DNA of 64,000 bases from Clostridia bacterium (GTDB lineage: Bacteria > Bacillota > Clostridia > CAKSNL01 > HGM11501), in NCBI GenBank assembly GCA_045545475.1, contig JAZQAZ010000020.1:81618-145617 (forward strand), in the 5' to 3' direction. The position numbers and the translations under genes were made by a program. The notes under the pieces are model-generated. The model searched no databases and was not told where the DNA came from. It was given only the letters and a program-made list of their open reading frames with translations. How positions within the stretch are numbered: the first letter of the stretch is position 1; each line of letters opens with the position of its first letter. Positions 54,632 to 64,000 of this stretch are shown here, in pieces.

Positions 54632-57388
54632 ATGAAGAGATTTACAGCAATTGTTCTTGCAGTTTTTATGATGCTCTGCTCATTAAATTTAAGCTTTGCA
54701 TCAGGCGACTTAAAGCTGGATTTTAATAATGCTCAGCTTTCAGGTCTTACGCTGGAAGGCGGAGAAATAAAAAATATAGAAAGAAAAAATTATCTGTACT
54801 TTCCGGGAGTTGACCTTACAGGAATAAATTCCGTAACGGTAAGAGCGTATAATAAAATTTCCGGAAATGTAAACGGAGAAACTCTTCTTGTATTGATTGA
54901 CAGCCATACGGATGGTAAAATGATAGGAAGTGTTACGCTTTCCGAAGTGGGTGAGGATGTTTCTGTAACTGCATCACTTACGCCCACATCAGGAAAACAT
55001 GATCTCTATTTTTACTGTCTTTACGGCAAGGGGACGAGGAATGAGTGCAGCATAAAAGAAATAACTCTTTCGGAAAATACATACAATCATGATAATAAAA
55101 GTATGCAGGTTTCCGATTCCTTTATAATTGACAATTATTCCGACACCTGGGTAGCGGTTGACGATATGGGAAGAGCGGTTGCAACTTACGAAGAAGTCGG
55201 CGGCGTTAAAACTGACGGACGTACAGTCGGTATGCTTTACTGGAACTGGTTCCATGATGCTAAAAACACAAAGCGTGCTCATGTAATATCGGATGTAATA
55301 GCTGAAAAGCCTGGGGCAAAGGAAATTTACACGGACCCGGTATGGGATGTACGCGGAAGATTTTACTGGGCAGAACCGCTTTTCGGATTTTACAACTCCT
55401 ATGACTACTGGGTATATAAAAAGCATGCGGAAATGCTGGCAATTGCAGGCGTTGACGTAATATTCTTTGACTATACAAACGGCGGAAGAGATTATATTCC
55501 TACATTAAACGTACTTGCTGAAGCATTCAGGGAAATAAAGGCTAAGGGAGTAAAGGTTCCTAAAATAAGTGCCATGATGACATTGAGCGGTGATAAATCG
55601 GATGCATTCCGTGGACTTAGTGCAATTTATTATAATTGCTTCAAGTTAAATGATTATTCGGATTTATGGTATATGAAGGATGGAAAGCCTTTCCTTTATG
55701 CAAATGCAAACTACGAAAATGCCGTTCCTGATGTGGAGGAAGGCAACAATTTTGAAGGAAACCTTATAAAGGAAATAGGCGATTTCTTTACTGTAACACC
55801 TCATGGCTCGAGAGATAAAGATAGCGGAGATGATTCCTGGATGTGGCTTGAAAATTACCCTCAGGTACTTCGTGATGTGGATAAGGAAACGGGAAGAGTG
55901 GGATTTGTTGCAGTGGGATGTGCAATAAATGAATCTACAGTATTCGGCGGAAGCGTAACAGGCGTATTTTCCGATCCTTATAATAAGGGAAGAGGCTATT
56001 CCGAAGCCTTTGGTGAAGATTATTCTGAGAACGGAAAACGCATGGCTTATTTCTTCCGTGAGCAGAGTGCTCTTGCTCTTATGGCAGAACCTGAATTTAT
56101 GATGGTTGACGGTTGGAACGAGTGGACAGCTGAGCGTAATCCTACATGGGGAACTTTTACTAATGCTTTCTGCGATTGCTTTGACGAGGAAAACAGCCGC
56201 GACTTTGAGCCTACCAAGGGAAGTCTTAAAGATGACTATTACCTTCTTTTGTGCGACCTTGTGAGAAAGTACAAGGGGGTAAGACCTGCTCCTGTTGCGT
56301 CGGGAATGAAAACAATTGATATATCAGGAAATATAAATGAGTGGGACGGCGTTTTACCTTACTTTATAAACTCATATCAGGATTATGAGCGTGATGCCGA
56401 TGGCTACGGAAAGGCAAAAACTGACGAAACATGGCATTACACCACAAAGGTGGTAAACTCCATAAAAGGTGCAAAGGTTTCCTTTGACGGGGAAAAGCTT
56501 TACTTTATGGTTGAGTGTGAAAAGGATATTGTAAAAGAAACAGAAAATCTTCTGACACTTTATATAAACTCTGACCGTAATGCAGTAACCGGATGGGAAG
56601 GATACGACTATGCCGTAAACTTAGACGGAATAGGAAAGGTATCAAAGTTTGCAGAAGGTGTATGGGAAAAGACCTTAGTTGGGGATGCGGCGTATTCTGT
56701 TGACGGAAAGTATTTAAAAGTTGCAGTTGACAGAAACCTGATAGGAGAAACAGCAACTGTTGACCTTGAGTTCAAGTGGACAGATTCCATGAAGACAGAA
56801 GGAAATATACTCTCCTGGTATCAGGATGGATCGGTTGCACCTTACGGACGTTTCAATTATCTTTATACAGAAATTGCTCAGAGTGCACTTACACCTTCTG
56901 AAAGTGCAGCACTTTCGGAAACATCGGTTCTCAAGGCCGGAAGTGCGAAGATGATTGCAAACGGAGATAAAATGTATGTATATGAAGATGATATAAGGGT
57001 TACACCTTTTGAGATGAACGGTACTCTTTATATTCCGGAACAGGCATATAACGAGGTTATGGGTTACGGATTTTCAAAGACCAGATATGTAAGTGCCGAC
57101 AACAATTTCTTCACCTACCATTTTGAATTAAATGACGACCTTACCGAAATTATAAATTACACATGGACATATTCTATGCTTGAATCACTTGATGCAAGGG
57201 TTAACGGAAAGGTTAAAAAGCTTTCCGCACCTGTAAAATATGTAAACGGAATGTTTTATATCCCTCTGTCATTGATAGCAGAATGCTATGGATATGAGGT
57301 AAAGGCTTTGGGCAACGGGGTTTATACCGTAAGCCTTGGAACTACGCCAATCGACACCGTAAATGCCGTAGTTTCTCATCTTAACTAA
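54632..57388 (+). CDS. Secreted modular putative glycoside hydrolase (CBM6-like + GH99-like barrel + copper-amine-oxidase-N-like C-terminus), copy 2
   Basis: Full-length paralog of 47971-50715: YSDTWVAVD, YWAEPLFGFY, AGVDVIFFDYTNG, MVDGWNEW, DEENSRDFEP, VRKYKGVRP, LYINSDRN..TGWEGYDYAVN; both end V-x-SH-x-N. Confidence 0.65.
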   Translation: MKRFTAIVLAVFMMLCSLNLSFASGDLKLDFNNAQLSGLTLEGGEIKNIERKNYLYFPGVDLTGINSVTVRAYNKISGNVNGETLLVLIDSHTDGKMIGSVTLSEVGEDVSVTASLTPTSGKHDLYFYCLYGKGTRNECSIKEITLSENTYNHDNKSMQVSDSFIIDNYSDTWVAVDDMGRAVATYEEVGGVKTDGRTVGMLYWNWFHDAKNTKRAHVISDVIAEKPGAKEIYTDPVWDVRGRFYWAEPLFGFYNSYDYWVYKKHAEMLAIAGVDVIFFDYTNGGRDYIPTLNVLAEAFREIKAKGVKVPKISAMMTLSGDKSDAFRGLSAIYYNCFKLNDYSDLWYMKDGKPFLYANANYENAVPDVEEGNNFEGNLIKEIGDFFTVTPHGSRDKDSGDDSWMWLENYPQVLRDVDKETGRVGFVAVGCAINESTVFGGSVTGVFSDPYNKGRGYSEAFGEDYSENGKRMAYFFREQSALALMAEPEFMMVDGWNEWTAERNPTWGTFTNAFCDCFDEENSRDFEPTKGSLKDDYYLLLCDLVRKYKGVRPAPVASGMKTIDISGNINEWDGVLPYFINSYQDYERDADGYGKAKTDETWHYTTKVVNSIKGAKVSFDGEKLYFMVECEKDIVKETENLLTLYINSDRNAVTGWEGYDYAVNLDGIGKVSKFAEGVWEKTLVGDAAYSVDGKYLKVAVDRNLIGETATVDLEFKWTDSMKTEGNILSWYQDGSVAPYGRFNYLYTEIAQSALTPSESAALSETSVLKAGSAKMIANGDKMYVYEDDIRVTPFEMNGTLYIPEQAYNEVMGYGFSKTRYVSADNNFFTYHFELNDDLTEIINYTWTYSMLESLDARVNGKVKKLSAPVKYVNGMFYIPLSLIAECYGYEVKALGNGVYTVSLGTTPIDTVNAVVSHLN

Positions 57389-57401
57389 GGAGGCATGAAG
57401 T

Positions 57402-59846
57402 ATGAAAAAAATAATATCTTTAATTATCGCAATATTAATGGTTTTCTCCTTATGCCTCTGTGTATCGGCTGAAAACACCATTGAGCCTGAAAGCTCATGG
57501 AACATAAAAGTATCAAGCCAGCTTGGAACGTCGGGACAAAACCTCTTTGATGGAAATACATCAACAAACTGGCACTCTGCATATACAGTGGAAGACGGAA
57601 ATATCGCAAGCTCGGACAGTGCCCCATTCATAATTACCGTTGAATTCGGAAAGGAAATGGAAGTGTCAGGTTTTATCTACACACCAAGAACTAATGACAG
57701 ATCCGGTGCGATTAAAACATTTAACGTATATGCATCTGATGGCAGCGATTATAAAAAGATTTACGAAGGCGAATTTCTCTACGATGACGGACTTTCCGGC
57801 TTAGTTCCTCAGACTGCAAGCTGGGGTAATGTAAAAATGAGCGGTATAAAAATTGAGATAACAGAAGGCATCGGTGGTTTTGGTGCAGGCTCCGAAATTA
57901 CATTTATCGAAGGAGCCGGGGGCTATGCCATAAAGGACGGAGAAGCTTTTTCAGGCCCAACGGAAGAAGATGAAGAAACAGAAGAAGCAACCGTGGATGG
58001 AACAAAGCTTAAGAAAACCGATGCGTGGATAATTACTGCATCCTCTCAGCAAAACAATGAGGGTTATTCCATATTAAGTGCCTTTGACGGAAATGAAAAG
58101 ACCATATGGCATACGGCGTATAAGGCTGAGAACGGGAATGTGGTAAGCCAAGATGAATGTCCGCATATAATTACAGTTACTTTCCCTGAAAAAACAAAGG
58201 TTTCGGGATGGCGTTATGTACCTAGAAGTGACAATGCTTCGGGAACAGTCCTTGAATACAATATTTATATATCGGAAGACGGTAGCAATTTTGAAAAAAT
58301 CTATGAAGGAAGCTTCCCCTATATAGCAGGTGACGCCGCACTCTATAAGCCTTCCGACGCCTCCTGGGGGGATAAGGAAGCGAAGAGTGTAAGAATTGAA
58401 ATAACAAAGTCCTTGGGCGGATTTGGTACAGCTAAGGAGATAGAATTTTACACAGGCAGTAATGCAGGATCGGGAGAAAAGACGGACACCACGCCTAAAG
58501 ATGATAAGGCGACTAATTCAAAGGGATGGAAGATTTCCGTGAATTCTGAGATGTGGGGTTCCGGTGCAAAGCTGATTGACGGTGACAGAACTACAAACTG
58601 GCACTCATACTATAAGGCAGAAGGTTCTGACATAGTTGACCAGGATGTGCCGCCTTACGAAATTGAAGTAATTCTTCCGTCAGTTACGGAAATTTCGGGA
58701 GTAACTTTAGTTCCCAGAACCGAGGTTACGGGACTGTTTCTTGAGGTTGACCTCTATGTTTCGGATTCCGATGAAGGAGAATATTTCCTTATTAAGGATG
58801 GAATGATTTTTGAAAACAGAATATATGACAGAGAAATTCCGTTTACTGCAAATATCGGAGTAAAGAAAATAAAAATCGTTGCAACTTCAACGGTTGGCGG
58901 TTTTGGTACACTTTCTGAAATTGAGCTCATGGAAAAGGATTTATCCAAAGAATTGGTAAGCTTTGATGAGTATGCAGCAAATGAAGAGGCCAACAGAATG
59001 TACAAGGTGGATACATCAAATGCTGAGGCAATTTACGATGGTGAAAACTGGTTTAGTCACACTCCGGATTTGGCGATAGACGGAGCATCCTCCACCTACT
59101 GGCAGTCGGAAGAACTTCAAAAGGGCTTTGCGGCGGTGCTTGATGTAGATTTGCAAAAGGTGTACAGAATAAAGGAAATTGACTATACACCAAGACAGTC
59201 TGATGATCTTCACGGTCACTGGCTGGGAGTGGGAATTTACACAAGTAAAGATGGCGTAAACTGGACAATGGTTAAAAATGTAACCTTTGAAAAAGATCTT
59301 TCGGTGAAAAAAATAGTTTTCGATGAAGAAATAGAAACAAGATATTTTGAGTTTGAAATTTACGACTATTTTGCATCCAGAGTTTCTGCTGCGGAAATCT
59401 CTTTCCTTCAGACCAAAGAAGGAAAGGACGCTTCTCTCATGGCGAATACGGAAAAATATATTCTTAAGATAGGATCAAAGGAAATTGCCTACGAAAAGGG
59501 AACAGATAAAGGTGTTAAGGAAATTGACGTCGCTCCTTTTATCACAAACGGTTCTACAATGATTCCTTTAAGAGGATTGATTGAAGAAATGGGTGGGAAA
59601 ATCACCTGGGACGGAGAAACACAGACGATAGGAGTGGATAACGGAAAGTATAAAATCACACTTCAGATATGTAATCACCTTGTGTATGTGGAAGATCCCG
59701 TATACGGAAGTGTCAGGTATACTCTTTTGAACTATCCGATTATATCGGAAAACCGTACTTTCATTCCGGTAAGGTTTGTATCCGAACAGCTTGGATACAA
59801 TGTTTTATGGGATGGAGCAACCGGCACGGTTACAATAAGTAAATAA
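57402..59846 (+). CDS. Secreted protein with four F5/8 type C (CBM32/discoidin) domains and a C-terminal copper-amine-oxidase-N-like domain
   Basis: Signal peptide; LFDGNTSTNWHS, AFDGNEKTIWHT, LIDGDRTTNWHS, AIDGASSTYWQS; C-terminal EIDVAPFITNGSTMIPLRGL..RTFIPVRFVSEQLGYNVLWDG. Confidence 0.82.
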   Translation: MKKIISLIIAILMVFSLCLCVSAENTIEPESSWNIKVSSQLGTSGQNLFDGNTSTNWHSAYTVEDGNIASSDSAPFIITVEFGKEMEVSGFIYTPRTNDRSGAIKTFNVYASDGSDYKKIYEGEFLYDDGLSGLVPQTASWGNVKMSGIKIEITEGIGGFGAGSEITFIEGAGGYAIKDGEAFSGPTEEDEETEEATVDGTKLKKTDAWIITASSQQNNEGYSILSAFDGNEKTIWHTAYKAENGNVVSQDECPHIITVTFPEKTKVSGWRYVPRSDNASGTVLEYNIYISEDGSNFEKIYEGSFPYIAGDAALYKPSDASWGDKEAKSVRIEITKSLGGFGTAKEIEFYTGSNAGSGEKTDTTPKDDKATNSKGWKISVNSEMWGSGAKLIDGDRTTNWHSYYKAEGSDIVDQDVPPYEIEVILPSVTEISGVTLVPRTEVTGLFLEVDLYVSDSDEGEYFLIKDGMIFENRIYDREIPFTANIGVKKIKIVATSTVGGFGTLSEIELMEKDLSKELVSFDEYAANEEANRMYKVDTSNAEAIYDGENWFSHTPDLAIDGASSTYWQSEELQKGFAAVLDVDLQKVYRIKEIDYTPRQSDDLHGHWLGVGIYTSKDGVNWTMVKNVTFEKDLSVKKIVFDEEIETRYFEFEIYDYFASRVSAAEISFLQTKEGKDASLMANTEKYILKIGSKEIAYEKGTDKGVKEIDVAPFITNGSTMIPLRGLIEEMGGKITWDGETQTIGVDNGKYKITLQICNHLVYVEDPVYGSVRYTLLNYPIISENRTFIPVRFVSEQLGYNVLWDGATGTVTISK

Positions 59847-59876
59847 ATAAAAAGCGGAGTTTTCTCCGCTTTTTAT
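59847..59876 (+). terminator. Intrinsic terminator
   Basis: ATAAAAAGCGGAG-TTTT-CTCCGCTTTTTAT. Confidence 0.85.
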
Positions 59877-59906
59877 CGTTTTAAGGCATAAAAGCTTTGG
59901 AAAACA

Positions 59907-59935
59907 TTGACTTTAAGCCGTAGGTGTAATATAAT
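59907..59935 (+). promoter_or_regulatory. Sigma-A promoter of the HAD-SGNH-GH3 operon
   Basis: TTGACT - 17 nt - TATAAT. Confidence 0.7.
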
Positions 59936-59995
59936 AATTTTATTGGAAATACAATGGATTATTTAATTGGAACATGCAAGGGAGGAGACGACAAA

Positions 59996-60664
59996 ATGAT
60001 AAAAGGACTTAAAGGCGCAATATTTGATATGGACGGAACACTGATAGATTCCCTGATGCTGTGGGACATAATCTGGAAAGATTTTGGAGATGTCTTTTTA
60101 GAAGGCAGAGACTTTTCTCCTTCAAAGGCCGATGATAAAAAAGTCAGGACAATGACTCTGAAAGATGCCATGAATTATATTCACGATGAGTACGGCATAG
60201 GAAAAAACGGAGAAGAATTGCTGGAAGAGACCAACAGAATAATGACGGAATTTTATTCTGAGAGGGTAGAACTTAAAGATGGAGTATATGAATTCTTGGA
60301 ATATTGCCATAACAGCGGAATAAAAATGTGCATAGCTTCTGCAACAGATATAAATCTGATAAATATAGCAGTTAAGCATTGTAACATAGAAAAGTATTTT
60401 GAAAATATTCTTTCCTGTGCGGAAATCGGGAAAGGGAAGGATCAGCCTGACATATACATAAAAGCCATGGAGAGTCTAGGCACAAAAACAGAAGATACAT
60501 GTGTATTTGAAGATTCACATGTTGCGATAGAAACAGCGGACAAATTGGGAATTAAAACAGTAGGTATTTATGATAAGTATAATTACGGCCACGATATAAT
60601 TAAAAAAGTTGCAACAGTTTACATAGACGATGGTGAGTCGCTGAAAAAGCTCATTACTGAATAA
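59996..60664 (+). CDS. HAD-superfamily phosphatase (subfamily IA)
   Basis: IFDMDGTLIDS, IASAT, GKDQPDIY, VFEDS. Start ATG 59996 behind GGAGG. Confidence 0.9.
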   Translation: MIKGLKGAIFDMDGTLIDSLMLWDIIWKDFGDVFLEGRDFSPSKADDKKVRTMTLKDAMNYIHDEYGIGKNGEELLEETNRIMTEFYSERVELKDGVYEFLEYCHNSGIKMCIASATDINLINIAVKHCNIEKYFENILSCAEIGKGKDQPDIYIKAMESLGTKTEDTCVFEDSHVAIETADKLGIKTVGIYDKYNYGHDIIKKVATVYIDDGESLKKLITE

Positions 60665-60683
60665 ATGGTGAGGAGACAGAATT

Positions 60684-61649
60684 ATGATTATAAAATGCAA
60701 CAGCGATAAAATCCGCTATACGGGAAGATGGAATGTTAATGAAAAATCCGCAACTTCGACAGCCAATGGAAACTATTTTGAATTTATGTATTTTGGGGAG
60801 TGTGCAGTAATCGGATTTGATACATCATATGCAAGGGTTCCGTTTCCGCATATTTATATAAGTGTTGACGGTGGAGCAAATGTGGAGGTTTCCATCGACA
60901 GATTTATAAGGATTTGTGCAGAAGAAGGTAAGCACACGGTTCGTGTGGTTTTAAAAGGTTCTGTGGAAAGTCAGCACAGATGGTTTGCCCCCATTGAAGC
61001 AAAGGTTTCGCTTCTTGAAATTGAAGCTGACGACTTTTTGGATATGCCGGAAGATACACGACCGATTATAGAATTTATCGGAGACTCAATAACAGAGGGA
61101 ATCTCCATTGATGTGGGATATTCAAATTACAAAAACGATGGCGATATGGTTTATTGGGACGATTCCCTGGCGGGATATGCCTGGCGTACAGCAAAGGCGT
61201 TAAACTTCAGACCGGTTACCATGGGGTACGGCTGTCTCGGAACAACAAGAGGCGGTGCAGGCGGCATACCTCCAGTGGCGGAGTCCTATAAATATTACAG
61301 TGACGGATACATAATGGAAAGTCAGAAGGCTGATTATATCGTTATAAACCATGGCACAAATGACCGCTATGCCGACAGGGAACTTTTTAAAGAAAAATAT
61401 TTTGAGTTTTTGTGTGTTGTGAGAAAGCGTAATCCCGATTCGAAAATAATTTCTCTTACGCCTTTTTCGGGTTGTCTTGCCAAAGAAATAAAAGATGCGG
61501 TTGAAAAGTATAATAACGAGAAAAACGATTCTGTTTTCTATATTGATACTACAGGATGGATAGAGCCTGAGCCTATTCACCCATTGAGAGACGGGCACAA
61601 AACCGTAAGCGAAAAATTGTCAAAAATAATTAGAGAAAAATTGATGTGA
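60684..61649 (+). CDS. SGNH/GDSL esterase with N-terminal beta domain (CE2-like)
   Basis: IRYTGRW N-terminus, IEFIGDSITEG (block I), VINHGTND (block III), EPIHP (block V). Confidence 0.8.
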   Translation: MIIKCNSDKIRYTGRWNVNEKSATSTANGNYFEFMYFGECAVIGFDTSYARVPFPHIYISVDGGANVEVSIDRFIRICAEEGKHTVRVVLKGSVESQHRWFAPIEAKVSLLEIEADDFLDMPEDTRPIIEFIGDSITEGISIDVGYSNYKNDGDMVYWDDSLAGYAWRTAKALNFRPVTMGYGCLGTTRGGAGGIPPVAESYKYYSDGYIMESQKADYIVINHGTNDRYADRELFKEKYFEFLCVVRKRNPDSKIISLTPFSGCLAKEIKDAVEKYNNEKNDSVFYIDTTGWIEPEPIHPLRDGHKTVSEKLSKIIREKLM

Positions 61650-61701
61650 TGACTCACGTGGTCGGGTTTGCTGACTAATAAATCTAAGAGGAGATATTCC
61701 T

Positions 61702-63849
61702 ATGGAAAAAGAAATAAGAAAAAGAATTGATGCGTTGCTTTCCGTAATGACGCTTAAGGAAAAAATAGGGCAGCTCAATCAGGAGGCTCTTAGTCCTAAG
61801 GATCTTGAAGAAATTAAAAAGCGTGTAAAAAAAGGAGAGCTTGGCTCGATAATTCTGGCAAATTCCGCAACGGCGGGAAATGATAAGCAGGATAAAGTAT
61901 ATTATGAGATAATTGATGAAATTCAGAAAACAGCGGTGGAGGAGAGCAGCACAGGAATCCCGGTTCTTTTCGGGAGGGATATTATCCATGGCTATAACAC
62001 TATTTTCCCAATACCTCTGGCACTGGCTGCGTCCTTTAATCCCGATATTATAAAAACGGCATATTCTCACATGGCAAAGGAAGCAAGAAACAACGGCGTA
62101 AACTGGACGTTTGCTCCGATGATTGACCTTTCCAGGGACCCAAGATGGGGAAGATGTATAGAGGGGATCGGAGAAGATCCTTATGTTGGAGGATGTGTGG
62201 CAGAAGCAATGGTTAAAGGAATCCAGGGGGAGGAGCTTTCGCCCGATTCATCCATGGCGGCAACAGCAAAGCATTTCATTGGATATGGTGCTGTTGAGGG
62301 CGGCAGAGACTATGATAAAACTGAAATTTCAGATTATACATTGAGAAATTTCTATCTTCCGCCATTCAGAAAAGCAATCGACGCAGGATGCTTAACAGTG
62401 ATGAACTCTTTTAACGAAATAAACGGAACATCTACTGCCGCAAGTAAAAAGCTTTTGAGGGGCATGCTTAAGGATGAGCTTTCTTTTGAAGGCTTTGTAA
62501 TAAGCGACTGGGGCTCTGTGCAGAAGCTTACTTTTTCTGGGCAGGCAAAGGATATGAAGGATGCGGCGAAAATATCAATCAATGCCGGAATTGATATGGA
62601 TATGGTATGCCGTGCCTTTATGGATAATCTGGAAGAGCTTGTAAAGGAAGGAAAGGTTTCCCAAGAAACCATAGATGATGCGGTTTCAAGAATTCTGTAT
62701 GTTAAACTTAAGATGGGACTTTTTGAAAAGCCATATACGGAACATAAGGAAATCGACACAGAAGAAATTGAAAAAATCGCTGAAATATGTGCAAACGAAT
62801 CAATGGTGCTTCTTAAGAATGATGAGGGAACGCTTCCTCTTAAAAAGGAAGAACCTGTACTCTATGTAGGGCCGATGCTGCACGAAAAACATTCGCACTT
62901 AGGCTCCTGGAGTGCCGACGGTGATGCCTCAAGGGTTAAGAGCATAGCAGAGGTTGTCAAGGAAAGAAAAGTTAATGCTCTTTTTGCGGAAAGTGACTAT
63001 CTGTGGGACGGAGTGCTTCCTTTTGTTAGGGCGGCCTCTGCTGTGGTTGTAGCTTTGGGCGAAAGCAGAAAAGTTACAGGAGAAATGAACAGCCTGGCTA
63101 AAATAGAGCTTCCCGGAGAACAACTGGAATTTATTAAAAAAGTACACGGCCTCGGAGTTAAAGTTATTGGTGTCATGGCTTTCGGTCGTCCCATAGCACT
63201 TTCGGACGCAGAACCTTATCTTGACGCAATACTTTACACCTGGCATTCCGGAACAAAGGCTCCCGAAAGTATTGTTTCAGCACTTTACGGAGACGTTAAT
63301 CCCTCAGGTAAGCTCCCGATGACATTTCCTCGCTTTACCGGACAAATTCCTATCTATTATAATCGAGACAAGGGCGGTATTCCGCTTGATTCTTATTACG
63401 GAGAATCAAATAAAAGGGTACACTCTTATCACGATGCCCTTGCAACGCCCATGTATCCATTCGGATATGGCCTTTCATATACCGAATTTTCATACGGAGA
63501 GATTACGGCGGACAAGACTGAAATTGCATTGGAAGATTTGAAATCCGGTGATGGATTTTCTGTAAGCATTACTGTCAAAAATGCAGGAAACAGGGAAGGT
63601 GCCGAGGTAAGCCAGCTTTATATAACAGATAAGGTTTCTTCAATGGTAAGGCCGATGAAGGAACTTAAAGGCTTTTCGAAGAACAGTTTAAAACCCGGAG
63701 AAGAGATAAAACTAAACTTCTTCATTGACTATGAAAAGCTGGGATATTATAACGACGAGGGAATCTTTACTGTTGAGGAAGGCGATTTTGATATCTATAT
63801 CGGAAAAGATTCTTATGTGAAAGAAAAAATCACCGTTAAGGTAGAGTGA
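61702..63849 (+). CDS. Glycoside hydrolase family 3 (BglX-like beta-glucosidase), cytoplasmic
   Basis: MTLKEKIGQL, RDPRWGR..EGIGED, AKHF, FVISDW (nucleophile), SMVLLKN, NPSGKLP, YPFGYGLSYT, ELKGF. Confidence 0.95.
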   Translation: MEKEIRKRIDALLSVMTLKEKIGQLNQEALSPKDLEEIKKRVKKGELGSIILANSATAGNDKQDKVYYEIIDEIQKTAVEESSTGIPVLFGRDIIHGYNTIFPIPLALAASFNPDIIKTAYSHMAKEARNNGVNWTFAPMIDLSRDPRWGRCIEGIGEDPYVGGCVAEAMVKGIQGEELSPDSSMAATAKHFIGYGAVEGGRDYDKTEISDYTLRNFYLPPFRKAIDAGCLTVMNSFNEINGTSTAASKKLLRGMLKDELSFEGFVISDWGSVQKLTFSGQAKDMKDAAKISINAGIDMDMVCRAFMDNLEELVKEGKVSQETIDDAVSRILYVKLKMGLFEKPYTEHKEIDTEEIEKIAEICANESMVLLKNDEGTLPLKKEEPVLYVGPMLHEKHSHLGSWSADGDASRVKSIAEVVKERKVNALFAESDYLWDGVLPFVRAASAVVVALGESRKVTGEMNSLAKIELPGEQLEFIKKVHGLGVKVIGVMAFGRPIALSDAEPYLDAILYTWHSGTKAPESIVSALYGDVNPSGKLPMTFPRFTGQIPIYYNRDKGGIPLDSYYGESNKRVHSYHDALATPMYPFGYGLSYTEFSYGEITADKTEIALEDLKSGDGFSVSITVKNAGNREGAEVSQLYITDKVSSMVRPMKELKGFSKNSLKPGEEIKLNFFIDYEKLGYYNDEGIFTVEEGDFDIYIGKDSYVKEKITVKVE

Positions 63850-63942
63850 AAAAGGTGCGGCAACGGCGGTACTTCTTAGGGATAAATCGCCCAAAATCCA
63901 CGATTTTGGCACATTACTGTGTCAAAAAGCCTTGCAATAATT

Positions 63943-63973
63943 AAAAAACTCCAACATCGAGTTGGAGTTTTTT
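63943..63973. terminator. Bidirectional intrinsic terminator
   Basis: AAAAAACTCCAAC-ATCGA-GTTGGAGTTTTTT. Confidence 0.85.
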
Positions 63974-64000
63974 GTTCAAGAGCAAAAGGCTCTTTTCACA

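Noticed and set aside
63850-63940. Possible ncRNA after the GH3 gene (hairpin CCAAAATC-CAC-GATTTTGG)
   Set aside because: It matches no RNA family I recognise, and the context is cut off by the window end.
1-64000. rRNA, tRNA, riboswitches, IS transposases
   Set aside because: The intergenic gaps are short and none showed a cloverleaf, T-box or riboswitch consensus by eye. No transposase ORF is in the track. A covariance-model scan would be needed to exclude them formally.

Overview
A gene-dense chromosomal segment from a spore-forming, low-GC Firmicute, most likely an anaerobic Clostridia member. This is inferred from spoIID, the ylm/sepF/divIVA cluster, sigma-A promoters and AGGAGG ribosome-binding sites. 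Most of the window is housekeeping: polA-coaE, ilvE, rpmE, iscS-thiI-cinA, spoIID, trpS, tagO, argCJBD, miaB-mutS-mutL-miaA and yggS-sepF-ylmG-ylmH-divIVA-lspA-rluD. Two accessory regions stand out. (1) At 27.4-32.9 kb, a tyrosine recombinase is followed directly by a 203-bp segment bounded by two self-palindromic, dif-like 26-bp sites in inverted orientation (28322-28347, 28551-28576). The segment carries a perfect TTGACA-17-TATAAT promoter pointing back into the recombinase and an intrinsic terminator pointing forward. This looks like a complete invertible ON/OFF switch, assembled here in the OFF state. It lies upstream of a ~1277-aa secreted beta-helix surface protein and a 70-aa YxxP-motif peptide. 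(2) At 46-64 kb, a glycan-utilisation locus holds a GH2, a duplicated two-gene module (a GH99-like secreted enzyme plus a multi-CBM32 protein, all ending in a copper-amine-oxidase-N-like domain), a PocR-AraC regulator, a HAD phosphatase, an SGNH esterase and a GH3. Also present are an in-frame Sir2/aldose-epimerase fusion and two families of REP-like palindromes. I found no rRNA, tRNA, CRISPR array or IS transposase. All product calls come from recognising motifs by eye; no database search was run.
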